Source of the DNA: Candidatus Brocadiia bacterium | Lineage (GTDB): Bacteria; Planctomycetota; Brocadiia; CAIUPP01 | Direction of reading: 5' to 3' | NCBI GenBank assembly: GCA_050015075.1 | Contig: JBEKCB010000017.1 | Coordinates: forward strand, 1-64,000 | Length of the DNA: 64,000 bases | Shown: positions 9,703 to 19,146 of the stretch, in pieces | How positions within the stretch are numbered: position 1 is the first letter of the stretch | Layout: each line of letters begins with the position of its first letter | The notes under the pieces: model-generated | Told to the model about the DNA's origin: nothing | Database searches by the model: none | Seen by the model: only the letters and a program-made list of their open reading frames with translations | Made by a program: the position numbers and the translations under genes

Positions 9703-12700
9703 ATGCCCAAGCGAACCAGTGCCGCCGGCAGCGAACTATTCATCGTGGACAACAGCGACGTGGATTGGAAGGTCGTCCGCTACCTCCATGACTGGTGCCA
9801 GATTTCCAAGTCCATTGACGTCGCCACGGGCTATTTCGAGATCGGGGCGCTCCTGGCCCTGAAGGACGAATGGCAGAAGGTTGACCAGATACGCATTCTG
9901 ATGGGCGATGAGGTCTGCCGGCGTACACGGGATGCATTCGTCCGCGCCGCATGCAAAGTCCTGGACGAGAGTTTGGAGAAGGAAAAGGCCGGCAATGATT
10001 TTCTGTCCGGCGTTCCTGCTATCGTCGAGGCCATCCGCTCCGGCAAGATTTCCTGTCGTGTCTACCGCAAGGAAAAGTTCCATGCCAAGGCGTACATCAC
10101 GAATGCCCGCCTGGAAGTCGTCGGCTCAGCCGCGCTCGTGGGGTCCTCCAATCTCACCTATCCCGGCATCACCGAGAACATCGAGTTGAACGTCCAGATC
10201 ACCGGCCGCCCCGTGACGGTTTTGCAGGAGTGGTACGAGGAGCACTGGAAGGCGGCGGAGGACGTGACGCCGGAAATCCTGCGCACCATCGAGCGCCATA
10301 CCGAAGAATACAAACCCTTCGACGTGTATGCGCGAGGGCTACACGAGCTATTCCACCGGCATGGCATGACCGATGATGAGTGGCTGCGGACAAAATCTCG
10401 CGCCTACCCCAAGCTCGACCAGTACCAGAAAGACGGCTTCCAGGACCTCATGGCGATTGCCGCCGCCCACCGAGGCGCGTTCCTTTGCGACGGTGTCGGG
10501 TTGGGCAAGACGTTCATCGGGCTGATGGTGATCGAGTATCTGGTAGAGCGCATGCGGAAGCGCGTGGCACTGATCGTGCCGAAGTCCGGGCGCAGGCCGG
10601 TCTGGGAGTACACTATCAAGACACTGGCGCCGGAGCTGTTCGGACGCTACAGCGGCCTGATGATCCTGAACCACACTGATTTGCTCCGGCAGGCCAGCGA
10701 GGACATCGACTACCCCGCTCTGGTGAGAGAGGTCCGCGACCGCGCGGATGCCATCGTGATTGACGAGGCGCACCATTTTCGCAACCCCGGCCTCAAGGGC
10801 GAAGGTGGTGAACGCAAGTCGCACTACTGGCAGTTGTTCGACACGGTTCAGGACAAGCCGCTCTACCTGCTTACCGCCACACCGATCAATAACCACCTGA
10901 TTGACCTTCAGCACATGATCGAGCTGTTCTCTCGCCGGCAGCCAGACTACTTCAAGGCGTCGCTGGGCATCAACTCCCTGCCTGGCCACTTCCGGGCGAT
11001 GGAGAATGATCTTGAACGCATGGTCTTGCAGGGATGCGGCAACGGCAGTGCCCCGGAGACGAACCAAGTCGAGGCGGCGCGGGTTCTCTCGAATGATTCT
11101 CTCTTCCGCGCTCTGGTAGTGCAGCGAAGCCGCTCCTTTGTAAAGAAAAGTCAGGAGCAGGATGGCAGCAGCGCCCGTGCCATTTTCCCGGAGCGCGAGG
11201 ATCCTCAGGTCGTCAAGTACGACCTCAAGAAGACCTATGGCCCGCTCCTGCTGAAGTTCACGAGGGCGTTCGACAAGGAGAAGCCTCTCTTCTCCCTGGC
11301 GGTCTATTACCCTCTGGCCTACTACAACGGGCCGGACAAGAGCATTGACCCAATGAGGGAAGGGCGTCAAAAGGAAGTCGTGAGCCTGATTAAAGTCCAG
11401 TTCCTCAAGCGCTTCGAGAGTTCTTCCCGAGCCTTCGAGATGTCCTGCGAAACGTTGTTGCAGAAGCTCCTGGCCTGGATCGTAAGGAACGAGCCGGAAG
11501 GAGAAGGTCTCCGACGGTTCAACCGGTGGAAGGACAAATACGGGGAACTGCTAGGCTATGTCAGAAAGCGCCAGCTTGAACTGTGGGGCGAAGCTGCCGA
11601 CGAAGAACCGGAGGAGGAAGAGGATATCGTCCCAGCCGAGATGGTCGAGGACGCCGAGTTCCTCAGCCGTGACGAGTACAAGGTGGACGATATCGTCAAC
11701 GAGACGATTGACGATCTGAACCAGATCGCGGAGTTCCTGGAGGAACTGCGGAAGCTCAAAACTGGCCGTGACGACAAGCTCAAGAACCTCGTCAAGCTGC
11801 TCAAGGGTGACCCTGTTCTCCGAAAGCAGAAGGTCATCATCTTCTCTGAATACATGGCCACGGCACGGTATCTTCGGAAGGAGTTGAAGGCAGCCGGGAT
11901 TGATGGCGTGGATGAGGTCGACAGCGCCACGAAACAGGATCGCGGCGAAATCATCCGCCGTTTCTCCCCATACTACAACGGCACGTCGAGCGTAGAACTC
12001 GAAGACGCTGGGCGCAAGGAAACGCGCGTGCTGATCTCTACCGATGTTCTCTCCGAAGGACTGAACCTGCAAGACGCCACGCGCCTGGTCAATTACGACC
12101 TGCACTGGAACCCCGTGCGGCTCATGCAGCGTATCGGCCGCGTGGATCGCCGGATGAACGCCGACACCGAGGCGCGCATTTTGGCCGACCATCCCGAGCA
12201 GGAGGCGATTCGCGGCCATGTAGCCTTCTGGAATTTCCTGCCGCCGAAAGACCTGGACGAAATTCTCAAGCTCTACAAGGTCGTCAGCCGCAAGACGCTC
12301 CGCATTTCCAAAGTCTTCGGCATCGAAGGCAAAAAGCTCCTCACGCCCGAGGACGATTACGAGGCGCTCAAGGACTTCTACCACACATACGAGGGTGACA
12401 CGACGCCGCTGGAAGAGCTGCACCTTGAGTATCACCGGCTTCTCAACGCGTACCCGGAACTGATGAACCGGCTGGAAACGCTGCCCAATCGCATTTTCAG
12501 CGGCAGAGAGCATCCGACGCCTGAGGCAAAGGCCGTCTTCTTCTGTTATGCTCTGCCGGCTCCTGTCGTCAAGGCGAGCGCCGTGGGAGGCAAGCCGGAA
12601 GCAGAATGGGTGGCTGATGCGGGCGAATCTCGTTGGTATCTGTACGACTTGACCACGGAAACGATCGTGGAGGCCCCGGCGCAGATTGCAAGGACGATTC

Positions 12701-12861
12701 GCTGTGCGCCGGAAACTCCGCGCCGTTGCCAGATGGCGCGGCGGACGCTGTCGGAAATCCGCGCTCGAATAGATAAGCGCATCAAGGACACCTACCTCAA
12801 GAGCATCAACGCGCCCCAGGGTGTCACCCCCCCCCTCAAGGCATGGATGGAACTCAGCTAG
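9703..12861 (+). CDS. PLD nuclease-SNF2/SF2 helicase fusion (RM/DISARM-associated type)
   Basis: FHAKAY...GSSNLT (HKD), DGVGLGKT, IDEAHHFRN, LTATP, SEGLNLQ and QRIGRVDR. Confidence 0.92.
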   Translation: MPKRTSAAGSELFIVDNSDVDWKVVRYLHDWCQISKSIDVATGYFEIGALLALKDEWQKVDQIRILMGDEVCRRTRDAFVRAACKVLDESLEKEKAGNDFLSGVPAIVEAIRSGKISCRVYRKEKFHAKAYITNARLEVVGSAALVGSSNLTYPGITENIELNVQITGRPVTVLQEWYEEHWKAAEDVTPEILRTIERHTEEYKPFDVYARGLHELFHRHGMTDDEWLRTKSRAYPKLDQYQKDGFQDLMAIAAAHRGAFLCDGVGLGKTFIGLMVIEYLVERMRKRVALIVPKSGRRPVWEYTIKTLAPELFGRYSGLMILNHTDLLRQASEDIDYPALVREVRDRADAIVIDEAHHFRNPGLKGEGGERKSHYWQLFDTVQDKPLYLLTATPINNHLIDLQHMIELFSRRQPDYFKASLGINSLPGHFRAMENDLERMVLQGCGNGSAPETNQVEAARVLSNDSLFRALVVQRSRSFVKKSQEQDGSSARAIFPEREDPQVVKYDLKKTYGPLLLKFTRAFDKEKPLFSLAVYYPLAYYNGPDKSIDPMREGRQKEVVSLIKVQFLKRFESSSRAFEMSCETLLQKLLAWIVRNEPEGEGLRRFNRWKDKYGELLGYVRKRQLELWGEAADEEPEEEEDIVPAEMVEDAEFLSRDEYKVDDIVNETIDDLNQIAEFLEELRKLKTGRDDKLKNLVKLLKGDPVLRKQKVIIFSEYMATARYLRKELKAAGIDGVDEVDSATKQDRGEIIRRFSPYYNGTSSVELEDAGRKETRVLISTDVLSEGLNLQDATRLVNYDLHWNPVRLMQRIGRVDRRMNADTEARILADHPEQEAIRGHVAFWNFLPPKDLDEILKLYKVVSRKTLRISKVFGIEGKKLLTPEDDYEALKDFYHTYEGDTTPLEELHLEYHRLLNAYPELMNRLETLPNRIFSGREHPTPEAKAVFFCYALPAPVVKASAVGGKPEAEWVADAGESRWYLYDLTTETIVEAPAQIARTIRCAPETPRRCQMARRTLSEIRARIDKRIKDTYLKSINAPQGVTPPLKAWMELS

Positions 12862-12874
12862 GGAGATCAATACC

Positions 12875-15800
12875 GTGTCTTTGGAAGAAGCTGTTCGCAA
12901 AGTACGGAACCTCGATGGTCTTCTGGGACTGCTACGTGACGATTTGGGCTGGCCGCTGGAATCCCGTGCTGCTCCCGACGAAGTGACGTTCGACTGGTCC
13001 GCCAGCGAACTTCGGGTGAGCGAAGCCGCAGCCAGGAGACTGAAAGGCGGCGTTGTTCGCCAGGTACGTGATTTCACCACGAATCAGCCTTGGGGCATCT
13101 TCCTGGTCGAATTCACGAACGGCCAGGTATATCGAACCGCGCTGCGGCAAGTGCTTCGCGGGTTAGTTCCCAACCGGCTGCGCGCACCTCATCTGCCTGC
13201 ATGGGATCACGAAAATATCCTCTTTATCTGCACGACACATGAATTCGACCGCTTCACGTTCGGCCATTTTCGCGGCGAGAAATTCCCCAGAGCGAAGCTG
13301 GCGACTTTCAGTTGGGGCACTGGCGACCGTTACGTGCGCACGCTCTGCGAGTATAACCTGCCAGCGCTCAAGTACCCCGAAGACGGCGGCGCTAGCCCTA
13401 AGTCATGGCTCGAATCATGGGGCAAAGCGTTCGACAAGGAACCACTTACCCGCGAGTTCTTCAGGCGCTTTGACAGTGCCCTTGATGCCGTCAAAGCTGA
13501 CCTCGAGACCTACCAGCATCTCAGTTCAGCGGAAGCGTACAGCCACGCCCAACTGTTGCTGGAACGACTGCTGTTTCTATACTTCCTTCAGAATCGCGGA
13601 TGGCTCAATCAGCAGCGCAACTTTTTGTTGGCCAACTTCCATCCCTTCCGTGACCAGACGGAGCAATTCACCTATTACCAACAGTTCGTCGAGAAGCTTT
13701 TCTGGACCTTGGCTTCCGCGCCAGGCGCTGGCGCGCGGTTGAATGGCATACCGTTCCTGAATGGCGGCTTGTTCGACGACGATGAGTTTGCCCCCACAGT
13801 CGTCCGCCTCAAGCAAAACCCACCGTTGAAGATTCGGAACGCGGCGTTCGGGTTCGTGTTTGACGAGCTGCTGGAAAGGTTCAACTTCACTGTATGTGAA
13901 GATACGCCGCTTGACCAGGACGTTGCCGTGGACCCGGAAATGCTGGGCAAGGTTTTCGAGTCCATCGTCCTGCACGCTGAGGCCGCCGACCCGGACGCCG
14001 TCGCCCCCGATAAGAGGAAAGCGACCGGTTCCTACTACACGCCGCGCATCGTCGTTCATTTCATCTGCAAGGAAGTGCTGCGGCAATACTTGCTCCCCCG
14101 TCTGCACGGTGAGAAGTGGCCCGCGCGCCTGAGTGCGCTGCTGAATATGGACGCCAGCCTCGGCTTGGCCGAAGAAGATATCAGTGCCCTCCGAACGCTT
14201 GTGACACCGGGGGAAGGCATGAAGCTGAAGGAGCTTCTGTATGACATCAAATGCTGTGACCCGGCTGTGGGTTCCGGGGCATTTCCCGTCGGCCTTCTGC
14301 ATGAGTTGGTGAACCTTCTCCGCATCGTGGAGACGGCAGCCAATGGGTACGTGGACCCGGTGCGCAAGGAAGGGACGCAGTGGACGCATCTGGTGAAAGC
14401 CCGCATCGTGGAAAGGTCGCTTTACGGCGTGGACATTCAGCAACAAGCCATCGAGATTTGCCGTCTCAGGCTCTGGCTCAGCCTGGTCGTGGACTATGAC
14501 CCAGGTGTGGACCCATTCACGGCTGACCACGTTCAATTTCAAACGGCGATTGACCGTATCTCTCAACTGCCGAACCTGGACATGAACTTCCGCCGGGGGG
14601 ACAGCCTCCACGATCACATTTCCGGCATTCCGGTGCGTATTGAGCCGGGGATCGCCGGCAGTTTCCAGACGGGTTTTGAGGCAATCCGCAAACTCGGTGC
14701 TCAGCTCCATCATGCCGTGAAGTCGGAGCGCAAAAGGAATCTCCGGGTGGAAATCCTTCGGCGGCGCTTGGACATCGCCGATAGGATTCTCTCTAACGAA
14801 CTCGGAAAGCTTAAGGACCATGACGGCAAGCTGGCGGCCGTGTTGTTCGAGGAAACCGAATCTGACGCGGAGAAGCGGCGACAACTGGCGCAGGAGATGA
14901 TTCACGTCAAAGAGGCCCTCGCAAAAGTTCAGTCCGACCGGAGAAGCCTGGAAAAGCTGGCCACTCGCGTCTTCGACAGCGGTTTTTATCCCAAACTCCG
15001 ACAGCTCGAAGGAGCGGACTTCAACAGCCCATTCAACTTCTCATGGCACTTGGATTTTGCGGACGTCTTCGCTCCAAGACGCGCCGAGCCAATCGCGACA
15101 TTCGATGGCCGTTTCGCATTCGTCAATGAAGTTCGCCCGCAGAAGATGCTTTTGCAGCCCCGCACGGAAGCCGGCGGATTCGACATCGTCGTTGGTAATC
15201 CGCCTTTTGTGACCGCCCGTAATCCAGAGAAGCGCGAGCTTTGGCGAGAACGCTGGCCACGCGTCTGCCACGGAAAGTATCTCTTGGTCTGCCCGTTTTT
15301 CGACCTCAGTTTCGGCTTGCTCCGGCATGGGGGACAACTCGGGTTCATCGTGTCGAATGCCTTCGCCAAGCGCGAATTCGGCAAACCGCTCGTAGAGAAA
15401 TTCTTCCCGACCGTGGACCTCCAGAAAGTGATAGACTGCTCAGGGCTAATGTTCCCCGGACATGGTACGCCAACCTGTCTTGTGTTTGGGCGCAATCAGA
15501 TGCCCGACCCGGAATCGCCGGTACGCGTTGCCGCTATCCTGCCAGGAGGCGGCGATCTCCGTACACCGCCGGAAGAAAGTCCCCTCTGGCATACGTTGGC
15601 GGAGTTCCATGACCAGCCGGGATACGCGGACGCGAGCGTGGTAGTCGCGGATCGTCCACGAGATTCGATGGCAAAGTGGCCGTGGAGTCTAGAATCCAGT
15701 GCGGAATCTACACAGGACAGATTTGCGGAAGCATCAAGCTCACGCCTTCGCAAATCATTGGGTGAGGATATCGGGTTCATGTTCGTCATGGGACGGAATG

Positions 15801-17464
15801 AGATATTCACGCACTCGGCGGACGCAGCCCGACGGCAGTCGTTCAGCCTAGACTATCTACTTGCACTCACGCCAGGTGAAGAGGTGCGAAATTGGGAAAT
15901 ACGTGGTCATGAATACGGCCTCTTCCCTTATGACCGTTCCACAATAGACTTGGTCAAGTTCAAGGCCGCCGACCCAGAAAAGCGCTTCTTCAAACGGTTT
16001 GAGCGCGAGCTGTCAACCCGCCCCACTTTCTCAGGCACGTTTGCTCTCGATGGAAGAGCAATATACCAATATCACCAGATTCCGGTAGCACGCGCATTGT
16101 TGCCAAGGTCAATTGCCTTCTGCGAGATTGCGACCCATTGCCATTTTGTGTTTTCACCGACACAACAGCTTTTCCCACAAACCGCACCGGTGATTAAGTT
16201 ACCTGCCGCTGCTAGTGACGATGCTCATCATCTTCTTGTTGCTCTTCTGAACTCCAGCGCCGCACTCTTTTGGCTGAAACAGGTGTGTTTCAACAAAGCC
16301 GCACTCTTTTGGCTGAAACAGGTGTGTTTCAACAAAGGCGCGGGAGCAGACGAGGAACGAGATCGCTTCGTATATGCTGGAGGCAAGGTCGAGCAGTTAC
16401 CAGTGCCGGATGCGCTGGCAGGTTCTTTGAAGGGGAAGTCGAGTTCGGCTGCTGGCCGGCTTACCAGTCTTTCTGTGGCCTGCTGGAAACGAGGACAAAG
16501 GGTCCGCGCCCTATCCATGAAGAAAGTCTTGGAGAAAGAACGCGAAGCCTACTACGAGTGGAACTCGGGACTGCCAGGTTACGTCCCGCCAGACAAGGAG
16601 ATCGCCAACCCTTTTGAGACTGCAAAACAACTTCGGAAAACCCTGAGCCGCGCAATCGAAATCCGCGAAACCCTCCGCGCTGAGATGATCGCACGACAGG
16701 AGGAAATGGATTGGTTGGTGTACGAATGCTACGGATTGGACGCGGAGGTGGGGGAACCTCTGCCGGATTCCGAACTCTCCCTTGCGCGTGAGCAGCGCCC
16801 ATTCTCTGTGTGGGCGCAGGCGAACGGCGACCTCGATAAGGCAGTCGCCTCGATTCCGCCGGACTGGTCTTCCCAGCGGAAGGCGCTTTGGCGGAAACGT
16901 CTGGAACTTATCTGGGACAACGAGCACGTTCGCCGCATCGAGCAGCCGGTTTACAAGCGGAGGTGGGATGAGCAGTGGAAGATCGGCAATAGCTGGCAGT
17001 GCGGCCAGTCGGCTTACGACGCCGAGTTTCTTGACGCCTTCTCCTGGTGGCTTTCTGAAAAGGCGGAGTGGTGGCTGGAACACCGAAAGGCCGGCGGCCC
17101 CGTCTCAATCGAAGACTGGGCGGCCGCACTCTGGGATGATCGGCGCGTCAAGGCGGCGTGGCCGGTTGCAGCTGAGGCGGACCAGCGACTCGAAGCGTGG
17201 AAGCGAGCCGGAGAATCGCACGAGTCGAAGCGGCAAGAGTCCCTCTACGCGAACTACGCAGAGTTCGTCGGGTTCTTCAAGGCCCTGGTCAGAGAGCAAA
17301 GCGTCCCGGACGACATTCCGTTTGCCGTGCCCTGGGAAGAACTGGAAAAGCGCAAGATCAAAGTGCCCGGCAACGTGAAGCGTATCCGAGGCAAGCTGAA
17401 CGTGCCGCGCGAACGGTTCTGGACCACGACGGAGGGGACTTTTAGAGTGGCAAGGGTCTCGTAG
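12875..17464 (+). CDS. Large adenine methyltransferase, type IIG-like N-terminus with BREX-2/PglX-like C-terminal half
   Basis: GSYYTP, DPAVGSGAF and VGNPPF; SNAFAKREFGK...PGHGTPT, YKRRW and RGKLNVPRERF recall PglX. Confidence 0.85.
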   Translation: MSLEEAVRKVRNLDGLLGLLRDDLGWPLESRAAPDEVTFDWSASELRVSEAAARRLKGGVVRQVRDFTTNQPWGIFLVEFTNGQVYRTALRQVLRGLVPNRLRAPHLPAWDHENILFICTTHEFDRFTFGHFRGEKFPRAKLATFSWGTGDRYVRTLCEYNLPALKYPEDGGASPKSWLESWGKAFDKEPLTREFFRRFDSALDAVKADLETYQHLSSAEAYSHAQLLLERLLFLYFLQNRGWLNQQRNFLLANFHPFRDQTEQFTYYQQFVEKLFWTLASAPGAGARLNGIPFLNGGLFDDDEFAPTVVRLKQNPPLKIRNAAFGFVFDELLERFNFTVCEDTPLDQDVAVDPEMLGKVFESIVLHAEAADPDAVAPDKRKATGSYYTPRIVVHFICKEVLRQYLLPRLHGEKWPARLSALLNMDASLGLAEEDISALRTLVTPGEGMKLKELLYDIKCCDPAVGSGAFPVGLLHELVNLLRIVETAANGYVDPVRKEGTQWTHLVKARIVERSLYGVDIQQQAIEICRLRLWLSLVVDYDPGVDPFTADHVQFQTAIDRISQLPNLDMNFRRGDSLHDHISGIPVRIEPGIAGSFQTGFEAIRKLGAQLHHAVKSERKRNLRVEILRRRLDIADRILSNELGKLKDHDGKLAAVLFEETESDAEKRRQLAQEMIHVKEALAKVQSDRRSLEKLATRVFDSGFYPKLRQLEGADFNSPFNFSWHLDFADVFAPRRAEPIATFDGRFAFVNEVRPQKMLLQPRTEAGGFDIVVGNPPFVTARNPEKRELWRERWPRVCHGKYLLVCPFFDLSFGLLRHGGQLGFIVSNAFAKREFGKPLVEKFFPTVDLQKVIDCSGLMFPGHGTPTCLVFGRNQMPDPESPVRVAAILPGGGDLRTPPEESPLWHTLAEFHDQPGYADASVVVADRPRDSMAKWPWSLESSAESTQDRFAEASSSRLRKSLGEDIGFMFVMGRNEIFTHSADAARRQSFSLDYLLALTPGEEVRNWEIRGHEYGLFPYDRSTIDLVKFKAADPEKRFFKRFERELSTRPTFSGTFALDGRAIYQYHQIPVARALLPRSIAFCEIATHCHFVFSPTQQLFPQTAPVIKLPAAASDDAHHLLVALLNSSAALFWLKQVCFNKAALFWLKQVCFNKGAGADEERDRFVYAGGKVEQLPVPDALAGSLKGKSSSAAGRLTSLSVACWKRGQRVRALSMKKVLEKEREAYYEWNSGLPGYVPPDKEIANPFETAKQLRKTLSRAIEIRETLRAEMIARQEEMDWLVYECYGLDAEVGEPLPDSELSLAREQRPFSVWAQANGDLDKAVASIPPDWSSQRKALWRKRLELIWDNEHVRRIEQPVYKRRWDEQWKIGNSWQCGQSAYDAEFLDAFSWWLSEKAEWWLEHRKAGGPVSIEDWAAALWDDRRVKAAWPVAAEADQRLEAWKRAGESHESKRQESLYANYAEFVGFFKALVREQSVPDDIPFAVPWEELEKRKIKVPGNVKRIRGKLNVPRERFWTTTEGTFRVARVS
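16259..16336 (+). repeat. Perfect 39-bp tandem duplication (in frame, AALFWLKQVCFNK x2)
   Basis: GCCGCACTCTTTTGGCTGAAACAGGTGTGTTTCAACAAA occurs twice consecutively. Confidence 0.95.
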
Positions 17465-17530
17465 AGCCCGAGGGGGAGATAAGCGACCGCATTGTGGCGA
17501 TCACGCGCTGCTAAGAGAATGGAGCGGACT

Positions 17531-18421
17531 GTGGCAGACGAGACAGAAAAACAGGCTCAGGCCGGGGCGGAGAAGGCACCCTCCAACAACCCATTCGCGG
17601 CATTCTGCAAGACGCTGAACTCCCACGGCTACGGATTCCACTACGCAGTGCTTCGCAAAGCGATGGTGATGTGGAACGGCGGCCAGTCTCGATGGTTGTT
17701 TGAAGTCTCAGAATTTCCCGTCGAAGCACGCGGCCAAGGGACGCGCATAGATTTCGTCCTTCATTACAACAACACCGACCTGTATCTTGTGGCGGAATGC
17801 AAACGCGCTAACCGGGCACTGGTCAATTGGTGCTTCGCCAAGGCTCCGTTCGTTCAGAGGGACAAGCCTTCTGATATTATCGCGCAGAAAATCGTGACCA
17901 GCGGAGGAGGCCAACGACGTGCGAAGATTGCCACTCATTACCCGCTCCCAGGATATGTAATCTACCATGTCGCCCTTGAATTCCGGTCACAAGAGCCGGG
18001 AGACCAGCATGGATCAGGGCGCGGCACGATTGAGGAAGCCGCAACGCAGGTTTGTCGTGGCTTGAATGGCCTCGTGAATTTTTGGGCAGAGAACAGCGCC
18101 AGAGACGCTATTTTCCTCCCCGTAATATTCACCACGGCTCGATTGTACACGACTGAGATTGACTTGTCCCGTGCCGACCTCGCGACAGGGACCTTCGACC
18201 CGTCCAAAGGTCAAATCAAAAAAGCTGACTGGCTGCTTTACCAGTACCATCAGTCACCTGGTCTCAGACATTCACTGTCGAGCGTAGACAAGATTGATGA
18301 GAACCGTCTCCTCGGCGATTACCTGTGGAACGAAAGCGCACGGACCATAGCTGTCGTTGGGCCAACCGGTATTGAGGATTTCCTTACCAGACTGAACTGG
18401 TGGGAAATCTTAAAGGACTGA
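17531..18421 (+). CDS. PD-(D/E)xK nuclease-like hypothetical protein
   Basis: HGYGF...EFPV...RIDFVL...LVAECKR motif. Confidence 0.65.
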   Translation: MADETEKQAQAGAEKAPSNNPFAAFCKTLNSHGYGFHYAVLRKAMVMWNGGQSRWLFEVSEFPVEARGQGTRIDFVLHYNNTDLYLVAECKRANRALVNWCFAKAPFVQRDKPSDIIAQKIVTSGGGQRRAKIATHYPLPGYVIYHVALEFRSQEPGDQHGSGRGTIEEAATQVCRGLNGLVNFWAENSARDAIFLPVIFTTARLYTTEIDLSRADLATGTFDPSKGQIKKADWLLYQYHQSPGLRHSLSSVDKIDENRLLGDYLWNESARTIAVVGPTGIEDFLTRLNWWEILKD

Positions 18422-18517
18422 CGGTTAGCAAGAGCCCCAAAGGTTCCGAACGGCAGATTATTCGCGCCACGGGCGGTCTGAAGTGTGAGGTGACATCCAC
18501 AACAAAAGGAGGCAACG

Positions 18518-18757
18518 ATGGCTGGCTCGATTCGTGACCTGCATTTGGACGTTGACTCGGCCGGGAAGGTGTGTGAACTGCGTGTCGCGTTCGGCCCACA
18601 TTACTCTTTGCACCTACAGGTGGAGAGAGGGAAGCCGAAGTTCACCGTACGCGCATCACATCACGGCGTGGAGCTCGACGCCTCTGAGATCAACGGTCAG
18701 TTGGAGAAGGCCATTGACAAGCTCCGCGCGGCCTATCCTGCGAGTCAAGTGGACTGA
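18518..18757 (+). CDS. Small hypothetical protein (79 aa)
   Basis: Strong RBS AAGGAGG; plausible codon usage. Confidence 0.7.
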   Translation: MAGSIRDLHLDVDSAGKVCELRVAFGPHYSLHLQVERGKPKFTVRASHHGVELDASEINGQLEKAIDKLRAAYPASQVD

Positions 18758-18822
18758 GTTACGTCGTTGCCGCTCTGTGCGCGGCGGGGGTCGCAGGCGC
18801 TTGGGCGGATAAAGAGGCGATT

Positions 18823-19104
18823 ATGCCCAGAGAAGCGGGACTTTACGAGGCGGCGGCTGGCAGCGTGGTCGAGGGTTATCTTCGAATCAAGGCATCAGGC
18901 GGGAACATTCCCCCGGCATGGATAGACCGAGCGCGATACTCCCGGAAGAGGCTTCAGAAAGATGTGGCGCGGGTTCTGAAAAAGGGCAAGCCGGCTGACA
19001 TCATCATCCTCCGTGATTGGGAGACGCGCTACCGGAAAGAGTGTTTCTATCACGGCCTGCGCGCGCTGTTGGAGCTTGACAGGACGGGGAAGACCCGGCA
19101 GTGA
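18823..19104 (+). CDS. Small hypothetical protein (93 aa)
   Basis: RBS GAGG; co-oriented directly upstream of the kinase. Confidence 0.65.
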   Translation: MPREAGLYEAAAGSVVEGYLRIKASGGNIPPAWIDRARYSRKRLQKDVARVLKKGKPADIIILRDWETRYRKECFYHGLRALLELDRTGKTRQ

Positions 19105-19146
19105 CAGGCGGTTTAGCCGTTCATCCGAAGAGGCGGATAGCATCGT

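Noticed and set aside
9703-17464. Complete BREX-2/Pgl or DISARM system
   Set aside because: No PglY, PglZ, DrmA or DrmB recognised nearby; only partial resemblance.
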